A DNA stretch of 43,111 nt from Verrucomicrobiia bacterium (lineage in GTDB: Bacteria; Verrucomicrobiota; Verrucomicrobiia; Palsa-1439), in NCBI GenBank assembly GCA_025056465.1, contig JANWVU010000002.1, positions 293 through 43,403 of the forward strand, read 5' to 3'. This document shows positions 1 to 7,600 of this stretch, in pieces (the first letter of the stretch is position 1; each line of letters starts with the position of its first letter). The translations under genes were made by a program, and so were the position numbers. The notes beneath the pieces were generated by a model that saw only the letters and a list, made by a program, of their open reading frames with translations, ran no database searches and was not told the origin of the DNA.

Positions 1-514
1 CGGCGAGAATTACGGCCGGGTTGTTGGCCAACGCGCGCGCGATTGCCACCCGTTGCTGTTGCCCGCCCGATAACTCGAACGGTTTGTGATGCAACCGGTG
101 GCCCAACCCCACACGCTCCAAAATCCGCGTCGCACGCGCCGTCGCCTCCGCCTTGCTTGCGCCCTGAAAAATCATCGGCAACATCACATTTTGCAGTGCG
201 GTCATCACCGGTATCAGGTTGAACGTCTGGAAGATGTACCCGATTTTGTTGCAGCGAATCCATGCTTGTTGCCGTTCGCTAAGCTCAAGCAGATTTTGTC
301 CCTCGAAATACACGCGCCCTTCCGTTGGCACATCCAGCGCGCCCACCTGATTGAAAAACGTGGACTTGCCGGACCCGCTCGGGCCCATGATGGACAAAAA
401 TTCGCCCCGATAAATGTCGAGTGTGATGCCCCGCAACGCCCACACATCCTCATCGCCCAACCGGTAACGCTTCTTGACCTCTTGGGCCGAGATGATGACG
501 TCACGGCTGCTCAC
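1..514 (-). CDS. ABC transporter ATP-binding protein (MacB/LolD-type), paralog 2; its C-terminus runs off the left window edge
   Basis: Absent from the ORF track because no stop codon lies in the window. Hand translation of the minus strand from GTG (514..512) gives VSSRDVIISAQEVKKRYRLGDEDVWALRGITLDIYRGEFLSIMGPSGSGKSTFFNQVGALD...IGYIFQTFNLIPVMT...LSGGQQQRVAIARALANNPAVILA. This shows Walker A, the Q-loop region and the ABC signature. The GTG overlaps the TGA of the upstream gene (GTGA at 511-514). Confidence 0.9.
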   Translation of the reverse strand, partial: MSSRDVIISAQEVKKRYRLGDEDVWALRGITLDIYRGEFLSIMGPSGSGKSTFFNQVGALDVPTEGRVYFEGQNLLELSERQQAWIRCNKIGYIFQTFNLIPVMTALQNVMLPMIFQGASKAEATARATRILERVGLGHRLHHKPFELSGGQQQRVAIARALANNPAVILA

Positions 515-879
515 GCCTTGTCCTCCGTACCGGTTGCCGCGGGATGATGAAGTTGAATCAATCGGCGGTCCAACAGGTCGCGGGTGAATTGAACCACCGC
601 GCGCCGACTGTCCGCCAACGAATGACCAAATCGCGCCGCAAATCGTGCCGCGATTTCACCCAGCGAATTCTCGCCATTGATCTGCTGCCAGTAGAACGTG
701 CCGTACTCGTCGAGTTGCACATGCAAATCCGCGCGCCAACCAAGCCGGTAGGCCAACCGTTGCGGCCAACCGCCACTGTAAAGCTGCGCTTTTCGCACGT
801 GCATCCGTCCGCGTGAATCCATACGCGCTTCCACCCCGGCAGCAATCAGAGGAATCGCGGCCAACGGGTCGTCCATCAT
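511..879 (-). CDS. PqqD-family-like small protein (RiPP recognition element fold), 122 aa
   Basis: ORF track 511..879. The segment HVQLDEYGTFYWQQINGENSLGEIAARFAARFGHSLADSRRAVVQFTRDLLDRRLIQL matches the PqqD pattern. That pattern is: L-n-x-x-g-x-x-iW-x-x-idG-x-x-s/t-v-x-eIa, then an acidic/variable stretch, then v-x-x-F-l-x-x-L-x-x-x-x-li. ATGA overlap with the upstream ATPase (876-879) and GTGA overlap with the downstream ATPase (511-514). Confidence 0.6.
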   Translation of the reverse strand: MMDDPLAAIPLIAAGVEARMDSRGRMHVRKAQLYSGGWPQRLAYRLGWRADLHVQLDEYGTFYWQQINGENSLGEIAARFAARFGHSLADSRRAVVQFTRDLLDRRLIQLHHPAATGTEDKA

Positions 880-1655
880 CGGAACTCTCCGCTGTTGAAA
901 TCCACCTCGCTCGGGCGCGCCATCCGCACAATGCGACCATCTTCAATCCACAAAATTCGGTCGGACCGCTTGAGCATTTTTAGATCGTGCGTGGCGCTCA
1001 CAATGGTCACCCCAAGTTTCTCTTTCAGCGCCGCCAGCAATTCAATCATCTCCTCGCCCGTTTTGAGGTCCAGGTTGCCGGTTGGTTCGTCGGCCAAAAT
1101 GATTTCGGGGCTGTTGGCCAGCGCACGCGCAATCGCCAATCGTTGTTGTTGTCCTCCCGACAACTCGGCCGGCTTGTGCAGCAACCGGTGTCCCAGTCCC
1201 ACCAAACGCAACAGATACACCGCCTTGTCGCGCGCCGTCTCATCGTCCAACCCGGCAAAGCTCATCGGCAACGTGACGTTTTCCAGACAGGTCATCACCT
1301 GAATCAGGTTGAATGTCTGAAAAATGTATCCGATTTTGCGACAGCGCAGCCACGCCAGCTCGTTATGGTTAAGCTGTGCAATGTCAACCTGGTCAATGTA
1401 CACCTTGCCCGAGGTCGGCTTGTCCAACGCGCCGATCATGTTGAACAACGTGGATTTGCCCGAACCGCTCGGTCCCATGATCGAGAGATATTCACCCTTG
1501 TACACGTCCAAGGTCGCTCCGCGCAGTGCGTGTGTCTCCACCGACCCCATCCGGTAGACCTTTTTGACATCGACCGCGCGGATGACACAGGCCGGCTCGC
1601 CCTGCGCCGGTGGTTTGAACAGATTTTCGTATTGGGCAGTGGCCGGTTGGTTCAT
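876..1655 (-). CDS. ABC transporter ATP-binding protein (MacB/LolD-type), paralog 1, 259 aa
   Basis: ORF 876..1784, trimmed to the internal ATG at 1655 (MNQPATAQ...), which forms an ATGA overlap with the stop of the upstream permease (1652-1655). Motifs: GPSGSGKST (Walker A), IGYIFQTFNL, LSGGQQQRLAIARALA (signature), ILADEPTGNLD (Walker B), SATHD (H-loop). Confidence 0.93.
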   Translation of the reverse strand: MNQPATAQYENLFKPPAQGEPACVIRAVDVKKVYRMGSVETHALRGATLDVYKGEYLSIMGPSGSGKSTLFNMIGALDKPTSGKVYIDQVDIAQLNHNELAWLRCRKIGYIFQTFNLIQVMTCLENVTLPMSFAGLDDETARDKAVYLLRLVGLGHRLLHKPAELSGGQQQRLAIARALANSPEIILADEPTGNLDLKTGEEMIELLAALKEKLGVTIVSATHDLKMLKRSDRILWIEDGRIVRMARPSEVDFNSGEFR

Positions 1656-2578
1656 ACGTTTGCTCGCAAGGCGTGCGCCGGTACCATCCGCGACGCAAAC
1701 TGCGCGGGATAAATCGCCGCCACCACCGAAAGAACCAGCCCCGCCAACACGCTCACAAAAAAGTATCCACCCAGCGTCCCCCACGAAATCGCCTCCCAGA
1801 CTCGTCCCAAACCAAACGACAACCCGTACACCACGATCGCGACCAGCGCACCGGCCATGCTGCCGACCAACCCACCCACCAACCCAATGATGCTCGACTC
1901 AATAAAAAATATCTCGCGAATAAACGCCGACAATGCACCCAAGCATTTCATCGTTCCGATTTCGCGAAATCGCTCCGTGACCGACATTAACATCGCGTTA
2001 CTGATCCCAATAACCGTGACCAGCAATGAAACCGCTAGGATCCACACCGTGCGCGTGCGCGCTTCCCGCTCGCGTTGTTGTTGTATGGCCAACTCTTCCG
2101 CACTCGGTTGGTACTGCAATGACCTCACACCCTCCCGTGCACTGACCCGTGTGGTGAAAACCAGCCGCGTTGACTCGGGTGTCGGTGGCTCGGCGGTTCC
2201 GACGACCAACACGGCGGTCACACCCTCGCCCGCGCCGACGAAGTGGACTCCCTCGCGCCGCAACGCTTCCAACAGCCGGTATTCACGCACCTCCAACTCG
2301 CCTTCTTGCACCAAATGGATGCGACGATCTTTTAGCGGCCCGATTTCAGAGCTCATCGTGTTGACCATCCGCCGCACGTCCGTGCGCAACTCCGCCTCGG
2401 CACGCACCCCCGTTTTGATCATTTGGCCTGTGAGGATGGACATCAGAAACGCCAATCCCAAAACCACACCGGTGATCGTCACCAGCGAGCGGCCCAACCG
2501 AATGCGAATTCCCTGCAACACCACACCCACGGCAATTGCGAACGGCAAGCGAACTTGTTCCTGAACCGCCTGTGGCAT
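1652..2578 (-). CDS. FtsX-family ABC transporter permease, 308 aa, with a short extracytoplasmic domain
   Basis: ORF 1652..2905, trimmed to the ATG at 2578 (MPQAVQEQVRLPF...), 2 nt after the stop of the upstream gene (2581-2583). N-terminal TM (ITGVVLGLAFLMSIL), then a loop of about 125 aa, then a C-terminal FtsX module (TERFREIGTMKCLGA... plus three hydrophobic helices). Confidence 0.85.
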   Translation of the reverse strand: MPQAVQEQVRLPFAIAVGVVLQGIRIRLGRSLVTITGVVLGLAFLMSILTGQMIKTGVRAEAELRTDVRRMVNTMSSEIGPLKDRRIHLVQEGELEVREYRLLEALRREGVHFVGAGEGVTAVLVVGTAEPPTPESTRLVFTTRVSAREGVRSLQYQPSAEELAIQQQREREARTRTVWILAVSLLVTVIGISNAMLMSVTERFREIGTMKCLGALSAFIREIFFIESSIIGLVGGLVGSMAGALVAIVVYGLSFGLGRVWEAISWGTLGGYFFVSVLAGLVLSVVAAIYPAQFASRMVPAHALRANV

Positions 2579-2580
2579 GG

Positions 2581-4686
2581 TCAGAAGGGAGCTCCCGACA
2601 CTGCTTGTTTGATCAGATTCAGCGCGATGGTGGCCATGCTCACCAGCCCAACCCCGGTAAAGTACCCTGCCGTGACCGTTGGAATCATCCGCAGGAAATT
2701 TTCCGCGCCGAATTTCCTCTGGAAGTAATACCGGCCAATCATAGCGCCCACGATCTCCAACACCATCGTATGCGGAATCCCACCCAACCCGCGCACCACA
2801 CCGTACACCAGCAACACCGGCAGGCCCACCATGCTCAATACGCTGTAGCCAGCCACCGTCACAACGGCGCCCGCCAGAATGACCGGCCCTTTCAATGCCT
2901 TCCAAAACTGACTGTCGCGAATGTCTTTTTTGGCGGGATCCTCACCCGGTGGGACAAATGTTGAGGATAAGCGCAAAGCAAAATGTTTCGCGTTCAACTC
3001 CCAAAACTTTTGCGCGTAGGGAAATGCCGGTGAGGGAATCGGTGTGGACGACCAGATGAACAGGAAGAATAAAAACGACAACACATACAACACTGGCAGC
3101 GCCACCAAATCCACTTTCACCAACGACGTGAATTTCACGCCGGTCAGCTCCGTGATGCGGAAGCCTTGCACCTGACCGCCGTAATTCTCAACCGGTATCG
3201 GTGCCAGCCAGATTTCTGTGCCTTTGACCCCCGACAGAATGAATGCTGTCTCGCGCACGAACGGCAAATCCACCGTTTGCCCCGCCACACCGAGCAACCG
3301 ACCGTTGATGTACGTCAGCAACGGCGTGTACACAAACTCAAACAGGATAATGAACACCAGCAGCATCCACGAACGCGGCAACAGCAACCAGCACAAAAGG
3401 ACCGTTGCCGTCCCCGCCACGATGTAACCCGCCAGCGCCAACCACAACGGAAAATCTCCCCGTCCCGTTCGCGGCGTGTCCCAGACACGCTCCGACGCTT
3501 GATTGGCGCGGCGCTGTTGCCGCAACTCAGCCACTCGCGCGCGCACATCGCGCACCGTCACAAAAATGCTGACGGCCGCAATCCCGATCGCCATGCCGAT
3601 GCCAAAGCTGAGATAAAAATCGAGCTGGTTGGCGAATAGCGTGTTGATGGTGTCCATACCGGGTTGCCAATGCGTCAGCACGCCGGTTTTGTGGAGTACC
3701 GGGTTCAACACCAGGGTGAGCATCACCGCGATAAATCCGCCCACAACTGCCCAGAACGGAATGATCATCCCGATCAGTACGATGCCGAGATCAAACGAGA
3801 TACCGGTCGGCGTGGCCGGTAGCAGTCCCTCCGTCAGGGCCGTGGTCTCGATCCACGGTTGCGGGATCAAAAAGACCGGTTTGTCGAGCACCAACGCAGT
3901 CAATGCGGGAATGCCGACCTGAAAGAAACCAAATCCCAATCCCAGCGTAGCGCCGAGCGCAAACAATCGCCACTTCGTACCCGTTTTCTTTTGTCCCGCC
4001 GCAAGAAACGCTTCCCGCGTGAATTCGACCCGGTCGGCCTCTCCACTGACTTTCTTGGGAGCCGCGGACTCGGTTTCCTCGGCCAACGCCATTGCGCCTT
4101 GTGCGTTGATCGGCGCCAGTGGGAACGGCAACTTCTCGATGTCCGATAACATGCGAAAGAAGAAATAACCGAGGCAGTATCGTTTGATGTAGCCGGCCAC
4201 CATCAGAAACACCATCAACGCCACCGGGATCATCCAATCAACATGCAGCAAATTGCGTTGAAGAATCGCCGGACTATTGGGGCCCGGCGCCCACCATGCC
4301 GGTAGGCTCTCGCTCATCCCGGCATCGCGCACGGCATCGCTGGTGACGTAATAGGCCCGTACGATCAAATCGCCGAATGGTCCCCCGGGCATCGTCGCCA
4401 CCATCACACTGGCCACGTGCAGCAGCACCACCAGCTCCTGTTTCGACATCGTTTTCAGCGCGCGCCGCGACACCTCGCTGAAGAGAATGACCGTGACCCA
4501 CGAAGCCACCGCGCCGAAACTGCCGCCAATCATCAACCCGAGATAGATCGAGCCCGGCAACATCACCAGGCCGCAAAACAAAATCCCCACCACCGCTTTC
4601 CAGCCGAAGCCCTCCCGAAACTCCGTTGGCGGCTCCAGCAGGTTGCGATACAGCGCCAGCTCGCGGTCTTCAGCGGTCGGTGGCAT
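2581..4686 (-). CDS. Large polytopic membrane protein, 701 aa, with distant OPT (oligopeptide transporter) superfamily resemblance
   Basis: ORF 2581..4809, trimmed to the ATG at 4686 (MPPTAEDRELALYRNLLEPP...). There are many hydrophobic helices throughout. OPT-like segments: GSIYLGLMIGGSFGAVASWVTVILFSEV, IEKLPFPLAPINAQGAMALAE (compare the OPT L-P-F/Y-P-E/S-G-T-A motif), and the C-terminal IPTVTAGYFTGVGLVSM. The family call is motif-level only. Confidence 0.7.
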   Translation of the reverse strand: MPPTAEDRELALYRNLLEPPTEFREGFGWKAVVGILFCGLVMLPGSIYLGLMIGGSFGAVASWVTVILFSEVSRRALKTMSKQELVVLLHVASVMVATMPGGPFGDLIVRAYYVTSDAVRDAGMSESLPAWWAPGPNSPAILQRNLLHVDWMIPVALMVFLMVAGYIKRYCLGYFFFRMLSDIEKLPFPLAPINAQGAMALAEETESAAPKKVSGEADRVEFTREAFLAAGQKKTGTKWRLFALGATLGLGFGFFQVGIPALTALVLDKPVFLIPQPWIETTALTEGLLPATPTGISFDLGIVLIGMIIPFWAVVGGFIAVMLTLVLNPVLHKTGVLTHWQPGMDTINTLFANQLDFYLSFGIGMAIGIAAVSIFVTVRDVRARVAELRQQRRANQASERVWDTPRTGRGDFPLWLALAGYIVAGTATVLLCWLLLPRSWMLLVFIILFEFVYTPLLTYINGRLLGVAGQTVDLPFVRETAFILSGVKGTEIWLAPIPVENYGGQVQGFRITELTGVKFTSLVKVDLVALPVLYVLSFLFFLFIWSSTPIPSPAFPYAQKFWELNAKHFALRLSSTFVPPGEDPAKKDIRDSQFWKALKGPVILAGAVVTVAGYSVLSMVGLPVLLVYGVVRGLGGIPHTMVLEIVGAMIGRYYFQRKFGAENFLRMIPTVTAGYFTGVGLVSMATIALNLIKQAVSGAPF

Positions 4687-7600
4687 GGGCGGGAACGCCG
4701 AGTTGGGCGTCGAGCAATTGTTTCGCTTCCTCGAACAACTCGGCGCGCTGGCCGGCATCCACGGCGCGCCAGTGCAGGAAATGACGGCGGATTTGTGCCA
4801 CGAAACCATGATTGAGCCGCATCCAGGCTTCGCGCGTGCCGCTCAGCCGTTCGAGCCGGATCATGGCGATGTACTCGCGGGTCTCGAGATCGGTCTGCAT
4901 GTGGATGACCAATTCCTGCGACACGCCGAGGTCGAACGGTTTGAGCCAGATGGTGCATCGAATTTCCGGGATCGGACACTCGGGTTGCAACGGATCCGGT
5001 TGCTCCGCCAGACCTAGCTGCGGTGGCCCCGCATAGAATCGGCCCGCGCTACCCTCTCCGTGGTCGAGGAAGTATCGGTGGAAAAATGCCAGAATCGCGA
5101 TGCGATCCCGGTGGCTGAACGTGAACGGCAGAGCAAACGAGAGCCGGTCGCCTTCGGGAGCCGGTAGTTTCCACCCCACGTCCTCGCTAGGCGCGGCAAT
5201 GCGCAACGCCGCCCGCGCCGGAAAATACGTCGAGAGCAACGTTGCGCCGATGATCGTGGCGGAGACATACACCGTCATTCGTGATGTGAAATTGAGCTGC
5301 ACCCCACCGGTCCAATCCAGCGCCGTCAACACGCTGCCGGTACCCTGAGCGAGCAAATAGCCCACGACCGTGCCCACCACCGAATAGACCAGCGCCTCCG
5401 CCATGAACATGAAAAACACGTAGCGTGGGGCAATGCCCACAGCGTTGTAAACGAAGATTTCATCCCGCCGCTCATATACCGAGCCGCGCATGGTGTTCAA
5501 CACTGTGATAGCCGCAATGAATAGCGGGATGAGCAAATCCAGCATGCCCTCTGCCGTGATCTCACGGCTCCGTCTGCCGAGGTAAGCAATGCCGCCCAAC
5601 CCATAGTAAACCGCGCGACCGGTCTGCTCGAGGTAACGGTTGATTTCCTCCCGCACCTCAGCGTATGGAGCGCTGCCCATGTCCACTGCCACGGATACCA
5701 TGCGCAGGAAACCATACGGCACGTGGAAGCCCACCAAATCGTCACGCGTGATCGCAACGAGCGCCGGGTCAATTAACGGTGCATTCTCATCCGCGATGAT
5801 CTCCCAAAACCGACCGGGCGCCGTCGGGCGCAATTCCGTCATCGCGGTCACGTCGAACGGCAACAAATTGCGACCGTCGAGGTCCGTCAACGACGCCAAA
5901 TCGGCTGGCTCGAAAATACCCCAAACCACAAACGGGCGTCCGTTGATCGTGACCGGCTGGGGTTGCTGCTCCACACGGGCCACCGTGATGCCGAGCTGAC
6001 GCGCCATGGGGGCGGAAATCAACACTGGCGTATCGGTCAGCTCGCTGACTTTGGGAAGCCAACCGGTCTTTGTCAGCAGGGGCAGTCGCGCGCCCAAAGG
6101 CTCCAACGCGTTGAGCAGAATGAGCGATTTGAAACTCACCTTACGGGTCTCACCCTCGCTCGTTGTGTGTTGCATGGTCAGCGCGGGGTTAAACGTTTCC
6201 CGCTCCCAGGTCTGCATCCCCACATACATCTGACGCGCGACGACGTTGTATTTTCGGCCATAGCGACGGTCCAACGCGAATTTTTCATCGGACGACACCG
6301 GCCGAAATTGCGGCGGCTTCACCAGCAACCCGTTGTACGGCGCCGGGCCGGTGGGCGTGACCATGTCGACAACATCGCTGTGCAGCGAACTGAAACACAG
6401 CATCGCGAACGTGATGAGCACGAGCGTGGCGCAAGTTAGCCCCGTGCGCACTTTGCGCCGGTGCATGTTGTTCAACCCGAGCGCAAAGGCCGTCCCAATG
6501 ACGCCGATAGTGTTCACCTCGGCCGCCTCTACCTGCGCACGTTTCCGCCGCAACGCTTCGAGATTCTCGCGGAAGCGTCCGCTGACCAGCGCAATGACTC
6601 CCAGGGAGATCAGCAAAATGATGAACCCCAACAAAATCATCAGCGAGGAGCGAATCATCGCGAACGCCGGATGCAACACTGCCAGCAGCGTGAACACGAC
6701 CACGAATATGATCGCGTTGGCGGTTAGTTGCAGGCGAATGTCGGCAAACCCGAAAACCAGTCGCTCAAAGAAAAACACAAACGGCACAAGCAAAAACAAA
6801 TACCAAATGATGCCCACGATCGCGTCGTAAATTGCGCCGCGGATAATCGGATAGTTTAGAATCGAGTACGTTGCCGAGCCCCGTGCATCTTCCAGCACGT
6901 CCGCGAGCGGTCGTTCGGGTTGTTCGGCCCGTTGCCAGAGCGTGCGCGCGTTTTCGTGAAACTCAGTGGTGCGCCGGTCGGCCATCCGGTAACGTTGCAA
7001 CGCCTCCAAACGTGGGCTGTTCAGCGATAGCATGGATCGCGCGGTTTCGAGCGCCTCCGGCTGCAGCAGCGGATGATGGGCAACAAGGTAGCCGCGAGCA
7101 TTGACCGTTGCGAGGCCGGCGGCAGGCTCATCGGGATGGGTGTTCATCATCACCGCGCGCGTGGTTTGAACCAATTCATTGTCAGGGGCACCGGCTTTGA
7201 GGCGGACAATGAAGCGCTGGTCCGGGGGGAGAAAAATCGTGACCGGCCCGTCGGTGCGGCAGAGGTTGAACGATCCAAACGGCGTCAGTGTGTCGGCACG
7301 GTCAAAATCCAAACCCGAATACTGTTTCATCGTCTGGGGGTTGGCGACGTCCAACACCGTGACCGGAGCCGCGCGAAACAGAATAAAATGGATTGGCTTC
7401 GTGACTCCTCCGTAAAGCGAGATACCGGCTGTGCGGTACAATGACTGCGCGGTAGCCCCTTCATCATTGACGTGGGCGATGACGCCGTCGGCACCATAGG
7501 CGGCAGCAAAAAACTGGTGCCCCCAACCGGCAAAGAATCCTGAAGGTGCTGACAACAACTCGTAATTTCCGTACGCATCGGTCACAAGAAAGAGCCGACG

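Noticed and set aside
86-547. Track ORFs 86..547 (+) and 214..504 (-) at the left edge
   Set aside because: Both are out-of-frame or antisense shadows of the real, edge-truncated ABC ATPase (1..514, minus). The ATPase has perfect Walker A and signature motifs. The shadow translations are Arg/His/Pro-rich with no motifs.
1656-4809. N-terminal extensions of track ORFs 876..1784, 1652..2905 and 2581..4809
   Set aside because: The extensions overlap the preceding genes by 100-330 nt and translate to Gly/Arg-rich junk. Internal ATGs give 4-nt or near-zero junctions and sensible N-termini (a TM helix or the ATPase beta-strand).
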